In this document: piece by piece, positions 25,501 to 37,995 of the stretch
Layout of the letters: every line of letters starts with the position of its first letter
Numbering within the stretch: position 1 is the first letter of the stretch
Source: Octopus bimaculoides
Lineage: Eukaryota
DNA length: 64,000 nucleotides
Reading direction: 5' to 3'
Assembly: GCF_001194135.2 (NCBI RefSeq)
Contig: NC_068989.1
Coordinates: 69,281,170-69,345,169 of the forward strand
The notes under the pieces: model-generated
The model's database searches: none
What the model saw: only the letters and a program-made list of their open reading frames with translations
Told to the model about the DNA's origin: nothing
Position numbers and translations under genes: made by a program

Positions 25501-26894
25501 AAAATCAGTAAAAGCTAATTTCATAGTGCTTTTTTTAAAAAAAAATTTCATTACATTTTATGTAATTAAAAGTAATTTAGAAGGTTAATGGTCACCACAA
25601 TTACTAACTCCTTTTCAATTAAGTAGAGACTCAATCTGGTCTACCTCAGGAGAATCTCACAACTCTTGCTATCTTTGTCACTTAGTTTTTGTTATCGTTT
25701 AGATCAGAGTTAACTCTGACCAAGCAGACCTATGAGGAACGATAAGCCAGCCATGATCAAACTATCTTTTCTTTAGACATTGCTGTATGTAATACCACAT
25801 TCTTTTTATGTGTGTGTTATATTTTTTTAAACAGAAAAGTATGATTTGAAAGAGATTTAGTTGCAGGTTGAGCAACTGCATCGGGGCCTCTTTCAGCTTT
25901 ATGTGCACAATAACTAACCTCATTTCCACTCAGCAAAATAAGCCAGTCATTGCAGTGTGTTGGAGATTAAGTTTTGTATCTGGGTCAGACATTTTGATCT
26001 ATTGGTACATCTTTGTGAGGCAGACATAGTGTATTGGTAAGATTTTGTCTATGGGCCAGTCATAGTGAGTTGGGAAGTCTTTATCGGCAGGCCAGACATT
26101 GTAGTGTGTTGGCGAGTAAGCTTTTGTCTGTGGGCCAGATGTTGTAGTGTGTGAGTAAGTTTTATTGCCCTTACAATCAAATGGCTTTCTGCTTAAACTG
26201 GATTTTTTTTTTCTCTTGTACAGTGAAGCCTGTCAATATTGATTGGCTGCCATTACTGTGTCTTAGACACATCAATGTAAGCTAAAGAAATTTATAACTC
26301 TTACAATGTTAAAAGCTATTTCTCTTTTATTTTATTACAAATTACTCAGAGATTTTAAAGCTTGATGGCATCTTTAGCTTTCAAATGCTGAACTTTTGGT
26401 CAGTCAGTAGTGCGGTGCTTATCCAAGCAGCTGATGCTTATTTTGCTGAGGGGAAATGAGATTAGATATTGTGCACATAAAGCTGAAAGAGGCCCCAATG
26501 CAGTCGCTCAACCTGCAACTAAATCTCTTTCAAATCATACTTTTCTGTTTAAAAAAATATAACACACACACACACACACACACATAAAAAGAATGTGGTA
26601 TTACATACAGCAATGTCTAAAGAAAAGATAGTTTGATCATGGCTGGCTTATCGTTCCTCATAGGTCTGCTTGGTCAGAGTTAACTCTGATCTAAACGATA
26701 ACAAAAACTAAGTGACAAAGATAGCAAGAGTTGTGAGATTCTCCTGAGGTAGACCAGATTGAGTCTCTACTTAATTGAAAAGGAGTTAGTAATTGTGGTG
26801 ACCATTAACTTTCTAAACTACTTTTAATTACACAGAATGTAATTAAATTTTTTTTTTTTTAAAAAGCATTATGAAATTAGCTTTTACTGATTTT
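25501..26894. repeat. Large inverted duplication (arms 25501-25943 and 26436-26894, 492-bp spacer)
   Basis: The arms are reverse complements with only scattered substitutions and a different (GT/AC)n length. Confidence 0.92.
25941..26160 (+). repeat. Degenerate minisatellite with units of about 40 bp
   Basis: ggccagacattgtagtgtgttggcgagtaagcttttgtctgtg-like units. One reverse-complement unit lies at 26895-26941. Confidence 0.65.
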
Positions 26895-28040
26895 GACTGG
26901 CCCATAAATAATGACTCACAAACCCAGTGCAATGTCAGGCCTACATATGTATTGTCTCATCATTCTGTCCATTATCTCATTTCCATAAGGATGTCTGCTT
27001 CTTGAAACTACTTAACTGCATACTACCTCCACTGAGTTCAACTCAACACACTTGTCTCTCATCCTCTCGTCATCCATACCCTGTCCCTGACTGCTCACAG
27101 TGCAGCACTAACCATCATGCACAATCTTCTTTTACCCTAAAACATTAGACCTCTGAAATTTATTCCCTGCAGACGACTGTAGGTGTTCAAACTGGAGTTC
27201 TATTTTATGTAATGACTAAAGCATTACATAAAAAAATTTAGTAGTTAACATCCAGAATGAGTCGAAAACTAAACAACTATGCCCTACATCATCCAAACAG
27301 TGTATTCTTTCTTACATGAAATGTTTTGTGTATTGCTTATTTTTTAAATCTATTTGTAGAAATGACTAAAATAAGATACAGTATCACCAGTACCGAACAA
27401 CACTGGACAGGTCTAGAATTGAAGAAAACTAGATTTTTTTAAAAAGTCTAAATAGAAACAAAATCAAAACTCAAAAAATATTTGCCAAGTACTTATTCAT
27501 TCACTTTCCTGGTATTACTCCTCTTTTTGCTATCGTTTTCTTTTTTTTCTAAGACAGCTACTATGCTAACTGCAAGAAATAGCAAACAAATCACCTTCAA
27601 ATCACACATCCTGTTTTATATGAAACAAGGACTACTCTATGTAATGTTAGTCGTTGACACACAATGTATGACTGACTAGCAGTTAGGATGGTCAATAGTA
27701 AGCAAGAAGTAAACAACAAGCCTATTCGATGCTTTTTGCTAACTTTTTTCCCAACAGCCCCCTCACTCCCTTTAAACACTGCACTCTTCCTTTTCTCTAA
27801 CCATTCCTTCAAATAATTTTGCAACAGCTCAAATTAAACATCAATTCCATTTGGTTGGTGCTGGTACATTTACACCCCTGTAACTTAGAGGTTTGGCAAA
27901 AAGACCGATAGATTAAGTGCCAGGCTTAAAATAATAAGTGCTGGGGTTGATTCATTTGACTGAAAAATTTTCCAAAGTGGTGCTCCAGCATGGCTGCAGT
28001 CTTATGACTGAGACAAGTAAAAGATAAATATGTAAATGTT

Positions 28041-28692
28041 TGTTTAGAGGGTAAGAAAAAATATATTAAGCATAAGAACTATAAGAGAAATAAACACACA
28101 CACACAAATCTATACATACATAGGGAGTGGTGCTGGCTTTAAGGGTATCATGAAAGGCCTGGTTGAAAGCCTGACCTTCTGCATTCTTTTACAGGGTTTA
28201 GTAAAACTGAAGGATCACTGCAATAATTGTGTGAATTTGAGATGGGAATATGTTGGATAAAATCCTCCTGTATTTTCTTTTACCCAAAACCAGGAACTTT
28301 TCTGCACCCCTTTGTATGTTTAGAGGGTAAGAATAAAATATATTAATAAAAACTGTAGGAGAAATAAACACACACAAATCAATACATACGAGTGGGGTGT
28401 TGAAAATTTCCTGGCTTTAAGGGTATCATGAAAGGCCCGTTTAGAGGCTAACTTTCTGAGTTCTTTTACAGAATCTAGAAAAACTAAAGGACCACTGCAA
28501 TAAGTGTGTGAATCTGAAAGGGGAATATGTTGGATAAAATCATAATTGATCCTCTTGTATATTCTTTTACTTAAAGACAGGAACTTTTGAGCACCACTTT
28601 ATATGTTTATAGGATAAAAATAAACTAGATTAACCACAAGGACTGTAGGAGAAATAAACACACAGACATACACATACAGAAATCAATACATA
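28041..28692. repeat. Tandem duplication, about 2.3 units of about 280 bp, each full unit carrying a mariner-type MITE
   Basis: Units start at 28041, 28317 and 28604. The MITE at 28387-28602 has TIRs tacgagtggggtgttgaaaatttcctggcttt / aaagacaggaacttttgagcaccacttta. Confidence 0.8.
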
Positions 28693-29156
28693 GAAACTTA
28701 ATCTTTCAGCGTTTAGATTACACTGTCTCATGTAATGCATGTTCACATTTTTTTGAATTTATCATGCATAATTGTGTTGCTTTGAAATTTCAATTATGTG
28801 ATTGTCTATTTTTAGAATGACATTGTAGGGTAAGTGTGAGAGGCTACATCTGACTAGTCTGAACATAAAATATATGGGCTGGATATGACCGGCTTAAATG
28901 CTAAAAAGTTAATCACACAGAAGCAGAATCTGTCAAGCTGACATTTACATTTTTTAATGTAATTAGAATAATTCTTAACTAGAATTTGATTTGATAGCAA
29001 AAGTAAATAAACACTAATGTTTAATAATTAAATGTAAAAATAAGACAAGAAAATTTGATATCTAGATAATAATGAATTGAGAAACTCGTATCTGCACAAC
29101 GATAGACAGCTATTAAATTAACTGCTGAGATATTAATGTAAATGATAATTAACATG

Positions 29157-30160
29157 CATCATCATCATCCTTTAATGTCTATTTCCCATGATGGCATGGA
29201 TTTGACTAGAGCTGGCTAGCAGGAGAGCTGCACCAGGTTTCAGTCTGATTTGACTTGTTTTCTATGACTGGATGCCCTTCCTAACACCAACCACTTTACA
29301 AAGTGTGCTGAGTGCCTGTTACATGGCACTGGCATGGGTGCTTTTTATGTGGAATTGGCACAGGTACCTCTTTATGTAGTGCTGGAATGAGCACTCATTA
29401 CTTGATGCCAGCATGAATGCTTTTTACATGGCACCAGCACAGGGCTCTTGCAGGCCAATTCTCTTCAGTAAGGAGAGCAGCATTAACACTTCTGCTGTGG
29501 AGGATGGGTCTTCTTGAGTACAGCAAGCCTACAGATATTTTGGTCCTTTGTCATCTCCTTGGTAAGGTTCAGTGTCCTGAGGTTGTCCTTCAATACTCTG
29601 TCTTATATCTCTCTCGGTCTCCCTCTTCCACAGGTTTCCTCCACTTTAAGTGACCGGCACTTCTTTATAGAGCTGTCTACATCCATCCACATCTCATGTC
29701 TAAACTAGCGTAGTCTCCTCCTTTGCACATTGCATCTAATTCCTCTTATGCCTAACATGTACACTTACATTGCACATCCAGTGGAGCATACTAGCTTCAT
29801 TCCTCTCTAACCTTTGCATTCCCTCTGCAGTCAAGGCACACACCTCACTACCATGTAAAATTGCTGGTTGTATACATGCATCACACAATATTCCTTTCAC
29901 TCAGAGAGGGAGGGAGACTTTGGGCTGCCAACAGAAGTAAAATCTCTCTGTATTTTTTCCATCCTATTCTTATTCTAGCTATGACATTTTCTATACATCC
30001 TGCTCAACAACTAATTTGGTCCCCAAAATAGCAGAAATTATCCACTACCTCTAAAGAGTCTCTGGGGCATTTGAGAAAATCCATTTCCCAAGTATCTGTA
30101 GTTTTTATGGTTCTTGTACATCTTCCACATACAAGCACTACTTTCTCTGATAATCTTCCA
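29157..30160 (-). mobile_element. Decayed RTE LINE 3' portion
   Basis: (CAT)n tail at left. The minus strand encodes broken ORF2 C-terminal motifs (SLEVVDNFCYFGDQISC). Confidence 0.78.
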
Positions 30161-30404
30161 CAAGCACAAATTTGTTATGGGAAAGACAAACAGGTGGCAC
30201 CAATAACTGACCTGTAAGAAAATTTTTTTAAATGACAAGGCTTCAGATTATATGGTCCCTAGTACTTAACTGCAACTTTATTTTATCAATCCCAGGAGGA
30301 TAAAAGGCAAAACTAATCTCAGCTGAATTTGAACTCAGAGCATAAAGAGTCAAAACAAATACTTTAAGGTATTATGTCAGATACTTTAACAATTCTACCA
30401 ATAT

Positions 30405-31390
30405 ATCATCATCATCATTTAATGTCTGCTTTCCATGCTGGCATGGGCTGGACAGTTTCACATGTCTGTTGTGGTATGGTTTCTACAGCTGGATGCTCTT
30501 CCTAATGCCAACCACTTAACAGAGTGTGCTGAGTGCTTTATATGTGCCACCAGTACAGGTGCATTTACACAGCATTGGCACAGGTGCTTTTTAAGTGGCA
30601 CTGACACCTGTAAGGACAAAGTCTGTATGTGTATAAGACAAGAGTTTTACTTAGCTTGACGTGTATCATCAAGTACAGGAAATTACCTCATCTCCTGGTC
30701 CCTTGTCATTTCCTCAGTGAAGCCCAGCATCTGAAGATCCTTTCTTACTATTATGTCCCTTGTCTTCTTGAGTCTAACCCTTCCACAAGTACTCTCCACA
30801 ATTAGAGCTTGACACTTCTTTATGCAGCTGTCCTCATCCATACGCAACACATAACCAAACCAGCATAGTCTTCTCTCTTGCATACACATCTGGTGCCTCT
30901 TATACCCAGTTTTCCTTTTGAATCATTTGCACTCTGTCGTGCATGCACACTGACATTACCCATTCAGTGGAGCATGCTAGCTTCATTTCTTTCAAGCCTT
31001 TGTAAGTCCTCTGTAATCAAGGCCCAAGTTTCAATGCTATGTAACGTAGATGTATGTACAGAGGCATCATACAATCTGCCTTTTACTCTGAGGGAGAGGC
31101 CCTTAGTTACTAACAAAGGTAGAAACACTCTGAACTTTGCTCAGCCCATTCTTATCCTAGCAAGTACACTTTCAGAACTCCCTCCATCACCGCTAACTTG
31201 GTTTCTTAGGTAACAGAAGCTATCTGTTACTTCTAATGATCCACCTGAGCATTTGAGGAAGCCTGCTGTCTGCATATTTCTAGTGCTTATTGTACTGCAC
31301 ATTTGCTACACACAAAGACTATATTCTCTGTTAACCTTCCTTTGATGCTGCTACACCTCTTATGTGTCCAAAGCTTGCACTGGGTTATAC
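30405..31390 (-). mobile_element. Decayed RTE LINE 3' portion
   Basis: (CAT)n tail and RRLCWFGYVLRMDEDSCIKKC...CGRVRLKKT, a typical RTE ORF2 C-terminus. Confidence 0.8.
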
Positions 31391-33539
31391 GTAATACAAG
31401 CCAATGAGGGAGCATCTGTACAGGTGCTTGACCTGTTGTTAAAAATAGTAGTCAAATCTCTCTCAAATCATATCTTATTGTCTTTAAAAAAAAAAAAAAA
31501 GGAGACACAGGATAATATAGTCCTAGGTATACAATGTCTGAAAAAGATAATATGGTCTTCAATCATAGGACTGTTTAATGAAGGCTAATTGTGAGCTAAA
31601 CAACAACTTGTAAATATAACAGCATAATTTTGTTTCATTTTATCTAATAAATGCCTTTTCCTATCTAAACATACAACTTAGAAATTTATAGATAAATACT
31701 CTGTTTTAATTTGAATAATTTTATTGTTAAAATGAAAAGGTGATTTAACCAGCCAATTAGCTATGTTAATTACTGGTGTTGGATAACTCAAAGTATTTGC
31801 AGAGTGCAGGGAAACATATTAAAAAAAATAATGTAGGCTGAGACAAACTAAGTTTGAAAAAGAAATAAAAACAAACAAGATACCTGGTCACAGCTGGGAT
31901 GTCTTTTATATGTCAACTTGATCATATGAGTTAAAAACTATGACTATGTCTGTTTGGTTAAGAAGTTTGCATTGCAACAATGTAGCCTCAAACATGAGCC
32001 CATGTGGCTGTAAGGGTAAACATGTGGGCCTAACTACATGGCATCTTAGGCAAGTGTCGACTTAAGTGTTAAGCTGACCAATGCCTTCTGAGTGATATTT
32101 ATAAATGGAAACTGCACAGAGAGACACACTCATGGTTTGAGTGTGTCTCTCTGGGGTAACAATCTGGAGATAATGTATTCAATAGAAACAGAGTGGGAAA
32201 GCCTGACTTAACTGAAGAAGTCTCAGCATGCTGCAGAAACACCAGAGTAACAGCTTGCTGGACCAGCTTAAATAAACTGTGTGTGTGTGTACATGCATTG
32301 TGTGCACTGTGTGCATACATGCATGTGTGTGTACACACTCATTTATCTGTTCTTGGGTGATGATCTAGAAAAAGAGTACTCAATACAGAGTACAATAGTC
32401 TGACTTGTCTGATAAAGCAGTGGAATGCTGCAGAAACTCCAGGGTAATGGGCTGCTAAACTAGCTTGAACTACTTACGTATGTATGTGCATGCACAAATG
32501 TATGTGCAAAGCAGTTTCTATGCCAGTCCTTATTTTAACACCACTTGAAAAATTGTGGTCAATATAAGTGGCTAAAACCTTTCAAGTAAGTAAATGTAAG
32601 ATTTAAGCACTTAAAAATTTATAGAAAATGCTCTGAATCGTCTTGAGTGGTATAAATTTGCTGTTTAAGTCTGTTATTCTCAAATAATGATTTCAGATTA
32701 AATGCCCAAATTTCTTTGTGTTCCAGAGTCATATCTACAATTGTCTATGGGAGTCCTATTACTTAAATAAACATTTCTGCAAGCAGAGTTTGAACTCAGA
32801 ACCTTCATTTTGAAGACCCATACAATCAATAATAAAAGAAAAATATGAAATAGCAAACTTTTTTGGAAGTAATAAACAGATTCGTGCAATCACGCAAATA
32901 AATCTATTAGAGAGAGAGAAAAAAAGATAGAGAGGAGGGAGGGGAGAGAGAGATGATGTAAATAGAGTTATTTCTTTGTTGGACCTAATAAACAAATCTA
33001 TAATCAAAGGAATTCAACTATGATCATCCCAACTTTTACTTCAGACATTGTCTATGCAGGACTACATCATCCAATATGTCTTTTCCTTTTCTTAAAATGG
33101 TAGAATGTAACTTGAGGGAGAGCTGGCCACTATTTCTTAGCAGGACGAACAATCACAAGTAGGGCTGTTGATGTTATTGCTGAGTAGCCGTTGTCATTCT
33201 GCTCTTTCACTTTCAATATATCAAACTTCTGTCTGATTTCCAACCATAATTTACATTGTCAGGCAATAAAAGGAAAATCAGGTTATTTTCTTGATGTCCT
33301 CCGGCTTCTTTGTCTGTCTCTTATAGCCAAGCAGCATCACACATTTGGTGAACTATTTTCTCAGAAAGAAACTTTGTTTTTAACAAAGCTGTAACCCTTA
33401 CTTTTAGTGCCTTACTTTTATTAACCATGAAGAAGTCTTTCTGATTAAAGTTCATTTTTTAAACCTTAAAACTAATACTACTTCTGTCCTGTGCTAGGCT
33501 TTACAATGAAAATCAAGTGTTGCCCAGCTGTTTCTAAGA

Positions 33540-33760
33540 GCATCTAGTTTTATGAAGATTAAGCCTTATTGACTTCTCCACTGTAACCCTAAATTCTTCA
33601 CAAAGTACATTGCTACCAACTCCTGACAGGTTCCAGGCCTTCATTCATGACCTGGATAGCTCTCTCTCAAGCAACTTCTATTCAGCTACCGTTCTCATTA
33701 TTCATCAGCCTGCAGACCATGGAACCCCATCAAATGCCTTCTCTCGATTAACAAATGCAA
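33540..33760 (-). mobile_element. Reverse-transcriptase fragment (RTE-like)
   Basis: Minus strand reads NIAFVNREKAFDGVP (consensus AFVDLEKAFDRVP) with stops. Confidence 0.6.
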
Positions 33761-35240
33761 TGTTGTTTATTCTTTGTGGAAGATGTTTTTGTATTCCTAT
33801 TGTTGACTACTAGAACTATACAACAAATGTAGCACTTGTAGTCCCATGTTGTGGCACAAACCCAAATTGCACCCACTCAAGTACATTTGTTATCAGCTTC
33901 ATTACATTGTTTACGAGTCTGAGACCCCTACAATTATTTTATCTCTCTTTGAACAATAGATGCACAATATTTTTATCATGATAATCACATGTTTGACCAT
34001 AACTATACAGAACTAAAGCAATTACATCTATAGTTCATTAAAATTCCTTTCTCATACATAAAAAAAAAATATTTTGCATACATGAAAGCAACAGTGGGTG
34101 ACATAGAACTTAATAATGGGGGTAGAAGAGTAATAGCTATTAAAAAGGAGTATGGCAATGTATAGACAATATGTGACAAGTTGAGTGTAAGTTGAGGAAA
34201 TGATTAAATATGAGAATCAATACAAACAACTCAGATGACTGCATTGGTATGTAAGAACCAATGACGTAACCAGAGTAGAAAAGTGATTCTGAGAGGCAAA
34301 ACATGGTAATCAGAGTGAAAGAAATGTAAAAGAAAGTCAGGCAACTGAGATTTTAGACAGTTATGTAAGGCACAGGCAGGGCCTGACTAAAGCTTTGTGA
34401 ATAAGTTCCACCGTCATCATCCTCATTTAATGTTTGTTTTTTATGCTGGCATGGGTTAGATGGCTTGACTGGAACTGGTAAGCCAGAGAGCTGCACAAGG
34501 CTCCAGTCTGTTTTGGCTTGCTTTCTATAGCTGGATGCCCTTCCCAATGCCAACCATTTCACAGAGTGTACTAGATGTCTTATGCATCACCGGCATGAGT
34601 GCCTTTTAACGTGTCACCAGCAGAGGTTCTTTTCAAGTGTCACTGGCATGGGTGCCTTTCATGCATCACCAGCACTGGTCATGACCATGATTTCACTTAG
34701 ATTGACATGTCTTCTCAAGCACAGCAATTTGCCAAAAGTATCAGTCACTTATCACCTCCATGAAACTCAACACCCAAAGATCACATTTCACTATCTTGTC
34801 CTATGTCTTCCCGATCTACCTCTTCCACATGGAAACTCAAAGAAGCTTGTTGTAGATATGTGTATGTATGTACATTAGTATGTGAATGTTTCTCCTTGTA
34901 AATGAGCATCATTAGTTAAGAGATTTGCCTGCTACATTGAAAAGGTTGAATGTCTTTTTACAATTTCAATTGGTGTAATGACAAAAAAAGATAGTGTGTA
35001 TGGCTAGAGTAAAACCTGAAAGGCTATTGGACTGTTTATATTTCAAGTCAAATTTTATAAGTACAACATTCCTCCAGTCTTCAGGGACATGGCATATATT
35101 TTCATTTTTTTATATATATCCAAGCATGGAAATGTTCTAAGAAGTTTGCTCTCCAACCACTTAGTTCTGAGTTCAGTTTGCCTGTGTGGCACTTTGTTCA
35201 AATGTCTTCTACTATAGCTTCGGAAACTGAGAGAAGCCCA

Positions 35241-35280
<40 letters not shown>

Positions 35281-36374
35281 ATCTTTGCATTTGTCCCTCA
35301 CCACCACTTGACAACTAGTGTTGTTTTTTTTTTTTTTTTTTACTTCTGTCTAACTTAGCAGTTTGGTAAAGAGAGACTAATAGAATAAGTACCAGGTTTC
35401 AAAAATATAAATACTGGGGTTGATTTTTTTTTCCCATTAAAACTTTCAAGGAAGTGCCCCAGCTTGGCCACAATCTAATGCTCGACACAAAATAAAAGAT
35501 GTATATATTCATTAATTACAAGCATGGTTGCGTGGTTAAGAAGTCTGCTTCCCAACCATGTGATTTCAGGTTCAGTGCCATAGTGAGTCACATTAAGTAA
35601 GTGTCTTCTACAACAGTCCTCAACCGATCAAAGCCTTGTGAATGGACCTGATAGACAGAAACCTGTCAAAAGTGTGTATGTGTGTGTGAATGTGTATCTG
35701 ACATTACTAGATGGTTGAATATATGTGTCACCTTCATACAAGTTGTGTCGTTTGTTTCTGAGCTTTCATGAAAATATGTCCAACCACAGGGAAATATCTT
35801 GCTTTGAGATGGATGAGAACTGGCAATAGGAAGGGTACCTGGCCATAAAAAATCTGCCTTGACAAATTCTATCTGGCCCATGCAAGCATGGAAAAGAGGA
35901 TGTTAAAATGATGATGATATATTAGTCTGAGGTGAAGCATCGATATTAATAGAATTCTGAAAATCTTTCACATAGCAATTGAAGGCCATGCAAATAATAT
36001 TTCAATTTGAATTGTTACACCTTAGAAGTTAGAAAGCAACCAAAGGACAAAAAAGAATCCCAGAGGAATGTAATTTTGAGAAAGAAGGATTAATTAAAAA
36101 TAATTACTATGGAATCTTGAAGTAGGACACAGTAGGAATGGTAAGAGAAGAGAATACATTGATACATTGAACAGGTTTGCAATTTTAAATAGGTACAGAT
36201 TACTAGATTACTGTAGTTAGTATGAAAAGGGAAATAGCGAAGAGAATTTGACAGAGAGGTGTGCATGTGTGTGAAGAGACAGGTGTGTGTGCATGCATGT
36301 TTTGATATAACTACCAAGCTGTGGAGAGCATTTCTTTAAAAGTAACATAGATTTTTTAAGTGCTACAAACCAAG

Positions 36375-37314
36375 TCCATGAGATCAACCCCCTTCATTTC
36401 TCAAAAAAATCTTTGACTCTCTTTGCTGTGTGATAGGGAGCGTTGTCCTGCACGAAGATAGGAGGTTGAACCGACAAGGATCTGAGATGTGGAAGGGCAG
36501 GTTGTCTAAGAATCTGCTTGTAGATTTCAGCATTGACAGTCCCTTGTAGGCAAATAAATCGACCAGGACCAGCAGCAGAGATCCCTTCCCCTACCATTAC
36601 ACTGCCTCCACCACATTTCACTGTCTTCCTCACACATGCACGAGATAACCTTTTGTCACTTCTTCATCAGACATACATCCTGCTGTTGGAACCAATTACA
36701 TTAAACTTTGATTCATTGCTAAAATGAACCTGCGACCACTGTTCTTCTGTCCAAATGACATGTTCTTGAGTAAAATGAAGACGGGCTCTTTGATTCTTCT
36801 TGGAGATCAGAGGTTTCTTTGCCAGTGCCTGAGCAAGCAACCTAGAACCTCATAAGCTCTGAAAAACTGTTTTGTGTGATATGTTGACATCAGAAGTGGA
36901 GCTAAACGTGATGGATATCTCAGCAGCACTCATAAACCTATCCTTCAGTGACATTCTAACCATAATACAATCCTCACTTGGTGAAGTTTTACGAGGTCTA
37001 CTGGTTTGGGGTTTAGCATCTATCAATCCTGATGACTTAAAACGAGCTACAATTCGTTGCACAACACTTGTAGACCTTCCTACAGTAGTTGCTATCACGG
37101 AATTTGATATGCCCTCTTGGTGAAGGCACACAATTCTTTGTTTTTCATCACAGGACACCAGTCATCTCTCACAAGCTGCAATGTTGACAGCTGAATCTTC
37201 CAATAATGTAATATCATAAGAAGTAACTTAGCCCATTAATAGTCTTCTAAACAACAAATACCTCGGTTAGTAATTCATTTTTTTCTATGTGACCCTTAAC
37301 TTTTGGCAGCTGCA
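36375..37314 (-). mobile_element. 3'-truncated, decayed Tc1-like (DD34E-type) transposon
   Basis: Paired-type HTH region (QRIVCLHQEG...RPRKTS), KCGGGSVMV and FVQDNAPYHTAK motifs; frameshifted. One TIR-like end (cagctgccaaaagttaagg) near 37314. Confidence 0.88.
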
Positions 37315-37529
37315 ATTTGGAAGATTGTTTATTTCCTCATAACTCACGAAATATTTCTATTTACTTGAACTTTTCATGAAAGATAGATATTAGATATATC
37401 TAAATATGTGTAAAATATCTAGTCTCAACGTATTGTCAATCTTCTATAATAACTATTTCAATACACTTGTTCTTACTGACCCTTATATTATGGCCACCAC
37501 TGTATATCTAGTTCCCTTTATATCCAGAT

Positions 37530-37995
37530 TTTCTCTCAAATCAACAATATCCTATCATTCATGTACACTGACATTACACATCCAGTGAAGCATGTATACT
37601 TCATTTCTTTCCAGTCCACGTCTTACCTTGCTGTCATGTAGCAGTACACTTCATACACAAGCATCATACAATCTAATCTTCCCTCAGATGAAGAAGCCCA
37701 TCGTTACTAGCAGAGATTATAGCTTACAAAATCATTTTCTATAAAACTCATTCTTACTCTGGCGACTATGCTTTCAGAACACTCTCCTGCTGCTAATAAG
37801 ATCACCTCAGTTGCAGAAGCTATCGACTATTTCTAAAGAACCTTCTGGGTATTTGGTAGAAACTATTTCCTGTGTGCTTATTGTCGCCGAGTACCTGCTG
37901 AATATTGAAGTCTGTTTCTCTGTAATTCCAAGACACTTCTTGAGCGTCCATTGTTTAAACTGGAGGCATGGCCATTTCCTTGATAAAGTCAATAT
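37530..37995 (-). mobile_element. RTE LINE fragment
   Basis: EGSLEIVDSFCN motif and homology by eye to the 29-31 kb copies. Confidence 0.65.

Noticed and set aside
25501-26894. Inverted repeat as an assembly artefact
   Set aside because: The arms differ by several substitutions, including reciprocal CpG decay, and by microsatellite length. A mis-join would give identical arms.
27597-27824. 75-aa ORF with a basic then hydrophobic segment (membrane-anchor-like)
   Set aside because: No ATG start, no convincing splice sites, and no recognised homology. It lies in the UVRAG intron and is most likely chance.
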